Source: an uncultured Actinomycetes bacterium
GTDB taxonomy: Bacteria > Actinomycetota > Thermoleophilia > Gaiellales > JAICJC01
DNA: 64,000 nt
Reading direction: 5' to 3'
NCBI GenBank assembly: GCA_963805545.1
Contig: CAWDUU010000004.1
Span: forward strand, 13,255 to 77,254
The position numbers were made by a program, and so were the translations under genes. Positions within the stretch are counted from its first letter, which is position 1. Each line of letters starts with the position of its first letter. Of the stretch, positions 48,011 to 56,865 are shown piece after piece. Under the pieces are notes generated by a model. That model saw only the letters and a program-made list of their open reading frames with translations. It made no database searches and was not told the DNA's origin.

Positions 48011-48975
48011 CAGGCCACCTCCTCCGCGAGCGGCTCGGCCGGAACCTCCGGCGCCGCGGCGTCCCGCTCGGTGAGCTCGAAGAAGAGCTGCTCCAGCGTC
48101 GCCTGCTGCGGGATCAGCGCGCGCACGCCGATCCGGCGCCGGCCGAGCGTGATCATGAACCGCTCGAGCTGCTCCTCGTCGGCGCTGAACCTGATCTCCC
48201 CGTCCTCCCGGGCGAGGTCGGCGAGCTCGAACTCGGCCGCGGTGCGGTGCGCGGCGTCGATGTCGGACGCTCGCAGGCGATACCACGTCCCTGTCGACCG
48301 GGTGAGGCTGGCGACGTCGCCCTCGTACAGGATCCGGCCGCGGTTGATGATGGCGACGCGGTTGCAGAGCTCCTCGACGTCGGCCATCTGATGGCTCGAG
48401 AGCAGCACCGTCATCCCCTCGGCCGAGAGCCGATGGATGAGCGTCTTCATGTCTCGCATCCCGGCCGGGTCGAGGCCGGTATGGGGCTCGTCCAGGATGA
48501 GCAGGCGCGGGCGGCGCAGGAGCGAGGCGGCGATGCCGAGGCGCTGGCGCATGCCGTGCGAGTAGCCGCCGACGCGGTCGCCGGCCCGGTCGGTGAGCTC
48601 CACCGTGTCGAGCACCTCGCCGATCCGGGCCGCGGCCCCGCCGCCGTCGAAGGCCGCGAGCAGCTCGAGGTTCTTGCGGCCGGTCAGGTAGGGGTAGAAC
48701 TGCGGCGCCTCGACGAACCCGGCCACGCCGTCAAGCGCCCGCCGGCCGAGCCGGATCGGGTCGCGGCCGAAGAGGCGCGCCTCGCCCTCGGTGGGGGCGA
48801 TGAGGCCGAGCAGCATCCGAAGCGACGTCGTCTTGCCGGCCCCGTTCGGCCCCAGGAAGCCGTACACGTCGCCGGCGTCGACCGCGAGATCGACACCGGC
48901 GACGGCCAGGAGCTTCCCGTAGCGCTTGACGAGGCCGCGAGCCTCGACGGGCCGGTCGTGCGGCGGCTGCTGCAT
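48010..48975 (-). CDS. ABC transporter ATP-binding protein
   Basis: GPNGAGKTT, YSHGMRQRLG, LILDEP, LLSSH. Confidence 0.92.
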   Translation of the reverse strand: MQQPPHDRPVEARGLVKRYGKLLAVAGVDLAVDAGDVYGFLGPNGAGKTTSLRMLLGLIAPTEGEARLFGRDPIRLGRRALDGVAGFVEAPQFYPYLTGRKNLELLAAFDGGGAAARIGEVLDTVELTDRAGDRVGGYSHGMRQRLGIAASLLRRPRLLILDEPHTGLDPAGMRDMKTLIHRLSAEGMTVLLSSHQMADVEELCNRVAIINRGRILYEGDVASLTRSTGTWYRLRASDIDAAHRTAAEFELADLAREDGEIRFSADEEQLERFMITLGRRRIGVRALIPQQATLEQLFFELTERDAAAPEVPAEPLAEEVA

Positions 48976-50147
48976 CAGCCGAGCGCGCGTGCCGCCGCCT
49001 CCGCCGCGGCCGCGGGGAGCGATCCGACGAGCGTGTAGCGCACGCCGCCGCGGTCGAACTGGATCGCCGTCCCCAGCGCCGTGGCCAGCTCGTGGCCGGA
49101 CGCGCCGTTGATCGAGATGGTCGGGAGCGACCCCAGCGGACCCGCGTCCTTCCGGGTGCCGGCCTGCTGCTCGACGAGCACGATCGCGCCCAGGCCGTGG
49201 CCGTACACCACCATGGCGGCCGGGCTGCCTGCGCCGTCGATCAGGCGGACGTCCTGACGCGGCACGCCGACGAGCGAGGGCGGCGCGTCCAGCGCGAACG
49301 GGACCGCCGCTGCGACGGCACCCGGCCCGGAGGCCTCGGCCTGCTGCCGGGAGCCGGCGGGCGCGGCCGGCGGGTGCGGCGCGTGCACCCGGACGATCTT
49401 CGCCCCCGGGGCGAGGTGCACCGTCAGGTCACCGGCCGGCACGCCGCCGAACGCGATGTCGGTGACGGTCAGCGCCAGCACGGGGCTGGAGTCGCCCTGG
49501 CTCAGCACCGCCACCTTGAGCGGCACCGCCCGGTTGGCGTCGAACGCGAGCTCCACGGCGCCGAGCAGGCCGCCGTCGTGCTTCGGCGAGACCCGGACGG
49601 TGTAGCTCGGCTGCCCGGCAACGTCGCCGGGGATCGCACCCGAGAGGAGGACGTGCCCGGCGAGCTTGTCGAGCGTGTCCTGGATCCGCGCGACCGGGGG
49701 CACGCCGTGGCTCACGTCGCCGGTGTGCTGCATCGAGCCGCCGTGCTTCGGAACGGCCATCTTGTAGGCGGTGTTCGCCGCGACGTCGTAGACGATCACG
49801 CTGTGCCCGTCGAACCCGATCTCGGTGTCGCCGTTCTCGGCCTGGAGCTCGATCCGCACCTTCCCGTCCCCTGCCCACAGCCGCCCGGTCGCGCCGGAGA
49901 GCAGCGGCTGGGCCGCGCCGGGCAGCGCGCCGGAGGGAAAGAGATGGTTCGAGAACCGGATGCGGGCGCTTACGCCGGTTGCGGGCGAGCCCGAGAGCGA
50001 ATGGTGGATCGCCGCCGCGAGCGTGCGCTTCGGCGGCGTGGGGCCGGATCGGCTCGCGAGCGCGACGCTCGCCGCCACCGCGACGGCGACGATCAACGCC
50101 CCGGCGATGGCGAGTCTGGTGCTGGATGCTCGGCGCAGGATGTTCAC
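48975..50147 (-). CDS. Extracytoplasmic LolA-like (lipoprotein-sorting fold) protein
   Basis: N-terminal TM, GRLWAGDGKVRIEL, VIVYD, GDVAGQPSYTVRVSP, LAFDANRAVPLKV. Confidence 0.65.
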   Translation of the reverse strand: MNILRRASSTRLAIAGALIVAVAVAASVALASRSGPTPPKRTLAAAIHHSLSGSPATGVSARIRFSNHLFPSGALPGAAQPLLSGATGRLWAGDGKVRIELQAENGDTEIGFDGHSVIVYDVAANTAYKMAVPKHGGSMQHTGDVSHGVPPVARIQDTLDKLAGHVLLSGAIPGDVAGQPSYTVRVSPKHDGGLLGAVELAFDANRAVPLKVAVLSQGDSSPVLALTVTDIAFGGVPAGDLTVHLAPGAKIVRVHAPHPPAAPAGSRQQAEASGPGAVAAAVPFALDAPPSLVGVPRQDVRLIDGAGSPAAMVVYGHGLGAIVLVEQQAGTRKDAGPLGSLPTISINGASGHELATALGTAIQFDRGGVRYTLVGSLPAAAAEAAARALG

Positions 50148-51559
50148 GGGTGCCTCCTCGAAGTTGCCCCTGCATCGTGCCCCGAGGGCCCTGAGAGCGG
50201 CATGAGAGCCGGAAGCTCGATCGCGAAGCGCGGCCCGGCGATGGCGAGCCCGCCGCCGTGGCGCTCGGCGGCCGCCCTCACCAGCGAGAGGCCGAGGCCG
50301 GAGCCGCCGGAGCCGCCGGCGTTCGCGCCGCGCCAGAACCGCCCGGTCGCCGCCTCGGCCGCCTCCGGCGCGATCCCCGCACCCTCGTCCGTCACCGACA
50401 GCACGACCGTGCCGGGCGCCGTCTCGACCCCGATCCGGACGAGCCCGCCGGGCGGGCCGTACGCGCGGGCGTTCTCGACGAGGTTTCGAAGCGCCCGCTC
50501 CAGCGATCCGCGGTCGCCGCGCACGAGGCCGGGCCCGTCGGCCTCGACGAGCAGGGCGGGGTCCCCGGCCGCGGTTTCGCGGGCCAGCTCCTCCAGCGAC
50601 ACCTCGCCCTCGGGCACCTCCCGGGCGTCCTCACGGGCCAGCGCGAGCAGGTCGTCGAGGAGCGCGCTCAGGCGCTCGACGTCGGCGTGGAGGTCGGAGA
50701 GCGCCTCGGCGTCGCCGCCGTGGTCGGCGAGGTACGCGGCGTTCCCGCGGAGCGCCGTCACCGGGTTTCGCAGCTCGTGCGAGGCGTCGGCGACGAACCG
50801 CCGCTCCGCCTCCCGCGCCTCCTCGAGAGCCGCGAGCATGCGGTTCAGCGTCTCGGTCAGCCGTGCGACCTCGCCGGCGGTGTGGGAATCGCCCGCCGGG
50901 AGCCGAAGCGACGCGTCGCCGGTCCGCTCGATGACCGCCGCTCCGCTCGTCAGGTCGTCGAGGGGGCGCAGGGCGCGCCGGGCGAGGACGAGCGAGAGCG
51001 GGAAGGCCAGGGCCGCGGCGAGGAGCGCGCCGCCGACGATCAGCCGGCGCGACTGCCGCAGCGTGTCGGTCACGTCGTCGGTCGAGGCCGCGACGATGAC
51101 AGCCCCGGCGCCGGCCGGCCCTCCCAGATCGGGCAGTGGCGCGACGTAGACCCGCACCTCGCCGCCGCCCAGATGGGCGTCGGCGTAGCTGCTGCGGCCA
51201 TGGTTGACGGCCGCCGCCACCAGCCCGCCCACCGGGACGGTCCGGCCGTGGAGGCCCAGCGAGCGCGCGACGATACGGCGGCGGCGGTCGACCACCTCGA
51301 CGTCGACGAGCCGCGGCCCGGCCGACACGTCGAGCATGCCCGGGGATGTCAGGAGCGCGGGCGCGGTGGCGCTTATCTGGGCGATCTCGACCGCCCGCTC
51401 GTGCAGTGTCGAATCGAGGGTGTCGTGCAGGTGGCGCGAGAGCAGAAGCTGGACGCCGGCGCCGAGCACCGACACGGCGACGACGATCGCCGCGGCCGCG
51501 CCGAGGGCGACGCGGACCCGCAGCGACCCTCTGCGGCCCCGCATCCCGGCTGCGATCAC
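50144..51559 (-). CDS. Sensor histidine kinase (HAMP, HisKA, HATPase; MprB-like)
   Basis: RFVADASHELRNP, RNLVENARAY, VTDEGAGI, GSGLGLS; GTGA overlap with the regulator. Confidence 0.9.
   Translation of the reverse strand: MIAAGMRGRRGSLRVRVALGAAAAIVVAVSVLGAGVQLLLSRHLHDTLDSTLHERAVEIAQISATAPALLTSPGMLDVSAGPRLVDVEVVDRRRRIVARSLGLHGRTVPVGGLVAAAVNHGRSSYADAHLGGGEVRVYVAPLPDLGGPAGAGAVIVAASTDDVTDTLRQSRRLIVGGALLAAALAFPLSLVLARRALRPLDDLTSGAAVIERTGDASLRLPAGDSHTAGEVARLTETLNRMLAALEEAREAERRFVADASHELRNPVTALRGNAAYLADHGGDAEALSDLHADVERLSALLDDLLALAREDAREVPEGEVSLEELARETAAGDPALLVEADGPGLVRGDRGSLERALRNLVENARAYGPPGGLVRIGVETAPGTVVLSVTDEGAGIAPEAAEAATGRFWRGANAGGSGGSGLGLSLVRAAAERHGGGLAIAGPRFAIELPALMPLSGPSGHDAGATSRRHP
50174..50207 (-). 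promoter_or_regulatory. MprA-like box TCTCAT-N5-TCTCAG plus -10 CACGAT upstream of the LolA-like/ABC operon
   Basis: 11-bp period direct repeat matching the mycobacterial MprA box; embedded in the kinase 3' end. Confidence 0.7.
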
Positions 51560-52227
51560 GGTCCGAGCACGTAGCCGGAGCCGCGCACCGTGTGGATCAC
51601 GGGCGGGTCGCCGAGCTTCTGGCGCAGATACGCCACGTACCGGTCGACGACGTTGTCGCTCGCCCCGCGGCCGTCCGCCCACACCGCCGCGAGGGCGGCG
51701 CGGCGGGTGACGACACGCCCGGCCCGGCGGATCAGGAGCTCGAGCAGGTCGGCCTCGCGGGCGGTGAGCCGGATCGAACGGCCGCCGCGCTGGACGATCC
51801 TGAGCGCCGGGTCGAGGACGAGGTCGCCGTGGGCGCGCCCGTCGGCCGGGCGCACGCGGCGCAGAAGCGCGCGCACCCGGGCCGCGAGCTCGCTCAGCGC
51901 AAACGGCTTCACGAGGTAATCGTCGGCCCCGGCGTCGAGCCCCGCCACGCGGTCGCGGACGCCGTCGCGGGCGGTCAGCATGAGGATCGGCGTCGCGACG
52001 CCCCGCGAGCGGAGTCGCCGTGCAACCGCCAGGCCGTCAAGACCCGGCATCGCCACGTCGAGCACGATCGCGTCGGGAGCCTCGGCTTCGACGCGTGCGA
52101 GCGCCGTCCCGCCGTCGGCGACGGCGACGACGGCGTAGCCCTCGGCCGAGAGCGTCCGCTCGAGCATCCTCCGCACGGGGGCGTCGTCCTCGACCACAAG
52201 CACGCTGGCGGACCGGGCGCCTGCCAT
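51556..52227 (-). CDS. OmpR-family response regulator (MprA-like)
   Basis: LVVEDD, LDVAMPG, MLTARD, DDYLVKPF, HTVRGSGY; CATAGT 6 nt before ATG. Confidence 0.92.
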   Translation of the reverse strand: MAGARSASVLVVEDDAPVRRMLERTLSAEGYAVVAVADGGTALARVEAEAPDAIVLDVAMPGLDGLAVARRLRSRGVATPILMLTARDGVRDRVAGLDAGADDYLVKPFALSELAARVRALLRRVRPADGRAHGDLVLDPALRIVQRGGRSIRLTAREADLLELLIRRAGRVVTRRAALAAVWADGRGASDNVVDRYVAYLRQKLGDPPVIHTVRGSGYVLGP

Positions 52228-52233
52228 GCCGCC

Positions 52234-52266
52234 ACTATGCGCACGGCGCGTGAGAGCAGCGTGAGA
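52234..52266 (-). promoter_or_regulatory. MprA-like autoregulatory box TCTCAC-N5-TCTCAC plus -10 CATAGT
   Basis: Same architecture as 50174..50207. Confidence 0.72.
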
Positions 52267-52339
52267 GCGGTGGCCTTCCCAACATTGCAGAAAGCTTGCT
52301 TTTCCCGCGCACCGGGGCGGCGGGGGCCATACTTCGAGA

Positions 52340-53023
52340 GTGAGCGAGCGGCGCATCGGCAGGGCGGCGTTCCTGTCCGTCGTCGGACTGGGCGGCCTCG
52401 GGCTGCTCGCCGGCGGCCGCATCTCGGGTGCCCTCTCCCGGCCGCTCGGCGCAGCGGGCGGCGTCGTCCCGCAGGGGCTGAAGGACATCCTGCCGATCGG
52501 CGGCTGGCGGATCTACGCGATCAACCCGCCGTGGCCCGAGTTCCACCCGGCGAAGTACCGGCTCGAGATCGGCGGTCACGTGCGAAACCCGGTCTCGCTG
52601 AGCTGGGACGAGCTGACGGCCCTGCCGTCGGCGCGGCAGACGACCGACTTCCACTGCGTCACCGGCTGGACGGTGGGCGGCGTCCGCTGGCAGGGGGTGC
52701 GCCTCCAGACCCTGTGGGACATGGTGCAGCCGCTCCCCGAGGCCCGCTACGCCAACTTCGTCTCGCTGGAGGATCCGTACGTCGACACGCTCTCGCTGCG
52801 GCAGACCACGCTCCCGAGCGTCATGCTTGCCCACCACATGGACGGCGCCCCGCTCACCCGCGCGCACGGCGCGCCGCTTCGGCTCGTGATCCCCGAGATG
52901 TACGGCTACAAGGGCGTGAAATGGCTCTCGCGGATCGAGCTCGTGCCGAAGCTCGTGCCCGGCTTCTGGGAGCAGAACGGCTACGACATCGACGCCTGGG
53001 TTGGCCGCTCCAACGGCTACTGA
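52340..53023 (+). CDS. Molybdopterin-dependent oxidoreductase (MsrP/sulfite-oxidase family)
   Basis: DFHCVTGW, HGAPLRLVIPEMYGYKGVKWL, GFWEQNGY; N-terminal TM. Confidence 0.88.
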   Translation: MSERRIGRAAFLSVVGLGGLGLLAGGRISGALSRPLGAAGGVVPQGLKDILPIGGWRIYAINPPWPEFHPAKYRLEIGGHVRNPVSLSWDELTALPSARQTTDFHCVTGWTVGGVRWQGVRLQTLWDMVQPLPEARYANFVSLEDPYVDTLSLRQTTLPSVMLAHHMDGAPLTRAHGAPLRLVIPEMYGYKGVKWLSRIELVPKLVPGFWEQNGYDIDAWVGRSNGY

Positions 53024-53633
53024 ATACATCCGCCGGTTCAGCCGCGCGGAGCGGACGGCCCACTGGGCCGTGGCGTCGACGTTTCTCGTCATGACGGCGA
53101 CGGGCCTCATCCTCTACCTGCCGATGTTCGCCGCCCTGGCCGCCGACCGGATGCTGTGGAAGAGCCTGCACGTGGGCGCGGCGATCGGCTTCTGGGCCGG
53201 GCTCGTGGCGGTCGTCGCCGCGAGCCCGCGCAGGCTGGCCCGGACAGCGGGAGAGCTCGACCGCTTCGACGACGACGACCGCGCCTGGCTGGCATGGGCC
53301 GTCCGCAGGCGCGGGCCGGAGCCCCCGGCCGGCCGCTTCAACGCCGGGCAGAAGCTGAACTCGGCGGTGATCGCCGGCCTGGCGGTCGTCTTCACGGTCT
53401 CGGGCGTCCTCATCCTGCTCCAGGAGTCAGACAAGACGTTCCGCGGGGCGACGAGCGCGATCCTCGTCCATGACTGGGCGACCTGGCTCGCGGTGCCGCT
53501 CGTCGCCGGCCACATCTACCTGGCGACGCTGAACGCGAGCACGCGCCACTCCCTGCGCGGGATCACGGTCGGGACGGTGCGGCGCGACTGGGCCCGGCGG
53601 CACCATCCGAAGTGGGAGGCCGAGTGCGAGTGA
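53001..53633 (+). CDS. Cytochrome b (FdnI/formate dehydrogenase gamma-like) membrane subunit
   Basis: RFSRAERTAHW, GRFNAGQKLN, HIY...SLRGITVG. Confidence 0.85.
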   Translation: MAAPTATEYIRRFSRAERTAHWAVASTFLVMTATGLILYLPMFAALAADRMLWKSLHVGAAIGFWAGLVAVVAASPRRLARTAGELDRFDDDDRAWLAWAVRRRGPEPPAGRFNAGQKLNSAVIAGLAVVFTVSGVLILLQESDKTFRGATSAILVHDWATWLAVPLVAGHIYLATLNASTRHSLRGITVGTVRRDWARRHHPKWEAECE

Positions 53634-54354
53634 CGGTGCTGGGCTCCTCGGGAGCCTGGCCCATCCCCCGGCTCGGCTGCGACTGCCCGCAGTGCACCTC
53701 GCCCGACCCGCGTGACCGCCGTCTGCGTGCCTCGCTCCTGCTCGACGGCCGGGTGCTGGTCGACGCCGGCCCGGACGCCTACCAGCAGCTGCTCGCCGCC
53801 GAGGCCGTGCCCGACCAGGTGCTCCTCACCCACCATCACCACGACCACGTGCTCGGCCTGCACGCGCTCGCCAAGCTGGGCCGCATCCCGCTTCACTGCA
53901 CGAAGGAGTGCGAGCAGGGGGTGCGTGTGATCTTCCCGCGGCTCGACTTCCGGGTGATGCAGGTAACGCCCGGCGTCCCGGTCGAGCTCGGCCACGGCCT
54001 GCGCGCGCAGGCCTTCGACGTCGAGCACAGCGGCAACACCCGCACGGTCGCCTACCGGTTCACGGGGCCGGACGGCGAGTCGCTCGTCTACGCGCCCGAC
54101 CTGGCCGGGCCGCCCGGCTCGAAGCTGGCGCGCGGCCCCGACCTCCTGATGCTCGGCGCCGCGACCCGCGACCGGCCGGCGAAGGACCACATGCCGATGA
54201 CGGAGTCGATCGCCAGCGCCCGACAAGCTCAAGCCCGGCCCGGACACTCTTCACGCACATCGGCCACCGCATCGGCACCCACGCCGAGCTGGAGGCGTGG
54301 GTGCCGGAGGGGTTCGGCATCGCCTACGACGGGCTCGAGCTGCAGCTCGGCTGA
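53624..54354 (+). CDS. Metallo-beta-lactamase-fold hydrolase (PhnP-like); apparent frameshift near 54220-54240
   Basis: GCDCPQC, DAGPD, THHHHDHVLG, VEH; the natural C-terminus LFTHIGH...IAYDGL lies in another frame ending 54354. Confidence 0.8.
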
Positions 54355-54428
54355 AACATCGGGGCCTGTCGCCGGTGTTTCACGGAGGTCTGAAACACCG
54401 GGGCCTGTCGCCGGTGTTTCACGGAGGT
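54351..54428. repeat. Two tandem 39-bp palindromic units CTGAAACAYCGGGGCCTGTCGCCGGTGTTTCACGGAGGT
   Basis: 38/39 identical units; each forms TGAAACACCGG/CCGGTGTTTCA hairpin; between convergent genes. Confidence 0.9.
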
Positions 54429-54432
54429 CGGT

Positions 54433-54987
54433 CTAGAACAGACGCTCTCCGCTCTCCATGTCGAGCAGCCACCGCTTCACGTCGAGCCCGCCGCCGTAGC
54501 CGCCCAGGCCGCCGCCGGTGCGAAGCACCCGGTGGCAGGGGACGACGATCGGCACCGGGTTCCGGGCCATGGCCTGGCCGGCCGCCCGGACTGCGCGCGG
54601 GCTGCCCGCGGCCGCCGCCAGCTCGGCGTAGGTCAGCACCTTCCCGAACGGGATCGCGTAGCAGGCCTCGCGGGCCTTCAGGTGAAACCCGTGCGAGAGC
54701 TGCCAGTCGACCGGCATCGAGAACTCGTGCCGGCGGCCCTCGAAGTACTCGTCGAGCTCGCGGCGCACGCTGTCAAGGCGAGCCGGCGCCTCGAGGACGC
54801 GCGGCGACACCCGGTCTGCCAGCTCCTGGAGGACGTCGTCAACCGCCTCGCCCTCGAACGCCAGCCTGACGATCCCGGCGCCCGTGACGGCGGCGGTCAG
54901 GTGGCCGAACGGCGAGTCCACACCGGCGTAGGCCACATCGATCAGCCCCTCGGCCGCAGCCCGGCGGGCGAATTCGGCCGTGTTCAT
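54433..54987 (-). CDS. ogt: Methylated-DNA--protein-cysteine methyltransferase
   Basis: IPFGKVLTY, RAVRAAG, NPVPIVVPCHRV, GYGGGLDVKRWLL. Confidence 0.92.
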   Translation of the reverse strand: MNTAEFARRAAAEGLIDVAYAGVDSPFGHLTAAVTGAGIVRLAFEGEAVDDVLQELADRVSPRVLEAPARLDSVRRELDEYFEGRRHEFSMPVDWQLSHGFHLKAREACYAIPFGKVLTYAELAAAAGSPRAVRAAGQAMARNPVPIVVPCHRVLRTGGGLGGYGGGLDVKRWLLDMESGERLF

Positions 54988-55448
54988 CGCACCCACTCCC
55001 TTCGCACCGAGGCCAGGCCCGCGCGCACGTTCTGGCGGGCGGCGTCCTCGGAGCACTCGATCACTCGTCCAATCGCGGCGTAGTCCAGGTCGGCCGCGAA
55101 CCGCAGCGTCACCGCGGCCCGCTGCTTCCCCGGAAGCCGCCGCACCGCCCGCCACAGCTCCGGGTCGGGACGCTCCGCGGGCGGCGCGGGCCGCTCGGGA
55201 ACCTCCTCGACCGGCAGCGGCCGGCGGCCCGCCGCGCGGTGGGCGTCAAGCGCCTTCCGCTCGGCGATGCGAAGCAGCCAGCCCCGCAGGTTGGTCTGGT
55301 GGCGCAGGCCGGGATAGGCCCGAAGCGCCGAGAGCATCGTCTCCTGCCAGCAGTCGTCCGCGTCAAATGGCCCCACACGGGCGGCCAGGAACCGATGAAC
55401 GTCGGAGCCGTGCTCGTCGAGGAGCATCTGGAACGGTGGCAGCTTCAT
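54984..55448 (-). CDS. ECF sigma factor co-transcribed with ogt
   Basis: ADDCWQETMLSALRAYP, WLLRIAERKALD, LPGKQRAAV, SEDAARQNVRAGL; ATGA overlap. Confidence 0.85.
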   Translation of the reverse strand: MKLPPFQMLLDEHGSDVHRFLAARVGPFDADDCWQETMLSALRAYPGLRHQTNLRGWLLRIAERKALDAHRAAGRRPLPVEEVPERPAPPAERPDPELWRAVRRLPGKQRAAVTLRFAADLDYAAIGRVIECSEDAARQNVRAGLASVRREWVR

Positions 55449-55496
55449 GTCAGAGAAACGCCGCGAGCGCCCGCGGCGTGAGATCGGCTGGATCGC

Positions 55497-56534
55497 CTAC
55501 GCCGGCTGGAGCTCGGGCGCGTGCCGGCGCTCCCACTCCTCGGCGTCCGGGCTGAAGTAGACGAGCCGGGTCTTCTTCCACTCCTTCGTGGAGTAGAGGA
55601 CGATCCGCTCGTCGAGGCCCGTCTCCTCGGCGATCGCGTCGAGCACCGCCTCGCACTCGGCCCGGTCACGGCCGTGGGTCATCGAGAACAGGTTGTACGG
55701 CCAGTCCGGGTACGTCGGCCGCTGGTAGCAGTGCGAGACGCCGCGGAAGGCGGCCATCCGCTTGCCCATCTCGTCGACACGCTCCTCGGGCACCTTCCAG
55801 ACGCCCATCCCGTTGGCCGTGAACCCGGCCGAGCGGTGGTAGAGGACGGCCGCGAAGCGGCGCATCTGGCCGGTCTCCTGAAGCTCGGCCGCCTTGGCGA
55901 GGAGCTCGGGGACGGTGAACCCGTGCCGGGCCGCGGGGCCCGCGAACGGCTCGGACAGCGGCCGCAGGTCGGCCTGGAGCGCCCGCACCGCGGCGATGTC
56001 GCGCTCGTCCAGCGACTCGGGCGCCGGCGCCTCGCGCACCGGCTCGGCGCGGACGCGCTTGGCCGCGGGGTCGCGGCCGCCGACCATGTCGAGGTCGACG
56101 CCGATCTTGAAGAAGCGCAGCGCCGGAAGCGGCCTGATCGCCTCGACCCGGGCCATCTCGCCCAGAAGCTCGACGCTGCGGTCGAGCCCCAGCCGCGACG
56201 TCGGCGGGACGCCGAGCGTGAACCAGATGTTGTATTCGTGCTTTCGCTCGTAGTTGTGCGTGACGCCGGGATGCGTCGAGATCACCCCGGCCGCCTCGTC
56301 GGCCCGCTCGGCGGGCGCGCGGGCGGCGACGAGCATCGAGCGGTAGCCCAGCTTGCGGGTGTCGAAGATCGCCGAGACCTGGCGGATGATGCGCTCGCCG
56401 CGCAGCCGCTGCACGCGCTCCAGCACCTCGTCCTCGCCCATGCCCAGCCGCTCGCCGATGGCGGCGTAGGGCCGCTCGACGAGCGGGAATTCGTTCTGGA
56501 TCAGATCGCACAGGCGCTTGTCGGCGGCGTCCAT
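55497..56534 (-). CDS. ahbAB: Siroheme decarboxylase AhbA-AhbB (NirDL/GH-like) fusion, Lrp/AsnC fold
   Basis: IQNEFPLVERPYAAIG, HPGVTHNYER, NGMGVW, VSHCYQRPTYPDWPYNLFSMTHG. Confidence 0.85.
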   Translation of the reverse strand: MDAADKRLCDLIQNEFPLVERPYAAIGERLGMGEDEVLERVQRLRGERIIRQVSAIFDTRKLGYRSMLVAARAPAERADEAAGVISTHPGVTHNYERKHEYNIWFTLGVPPTSRLGLDRSVELLGEMARVEAIRPLPALRFFKIGVDLDMVGGRDPAAKRVRAEPVREAPAPESLDERDIAAVRALQADLRPLSEPFAGPAARHGFTVPELLAKAAELQETGQMRRFAAVLYHRSAGFTANGMGVWKVPEERVDEMGKRMAAFRGVSHCYQRPTYPDWPYNLFSMTHGRDRAECEAVLDAIAEETGLDERIVLYSTKEWKKTRLVYFSPDAEEWERRHAPELQPA

Positions 56535-56559
56535 CTCGCACGAAGGATACGCTCGGGGG

Positions 56560-56865
56560 ATGAGAGCCGCCTCCGTTTCGCTCGTGGCCGCCTCTCTCGC
56601 CCTGGCTCCGGCCTGCGGCGGCGGCGGGTCGAGCGCGGCCGACGCGCACTTCGTCTTCGAGCAGAACTGCGCCGCCTGCCACTCGCTGAGCGCCGGGAAG
56701 CCGTCGCCCAATGCCGACGCCGCCAACCTGGCCGAGGTGCGCCCGACCCGCGAGGAGGTGCGGCGGGCGATCATCGACGGCCGCCCGGGCATGCCGAAGG
56801 GCCTCGTCGGCGGGGACGACGTCGACCGGGTCGCCGACTACGTCGTCCAGAAGACGGCCGGGTGA
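56560..56865 (+). CDS. Cytochrome c lipoprotein
   Basis: Lipobox-like LAPAC, CAACH heme motif, GMP axial Met. Confidence 0.85.
   Translation: MRAASVSLVAASLALAPACGGGGSSAADAHFVFEQNCAACHSLSAGKPSPNADAANLAEVRPTREEVRRAIIDGRPGMPKGLVGGDDVDRVADYVVQKTAG

Noticed and set aside
54351-54428. Mini CRISPR array
   Set aside because: The units are directly adjacent with no unique spacer, there are only two copies and no cas genes; better explained as a REP-like tandem palindrome.
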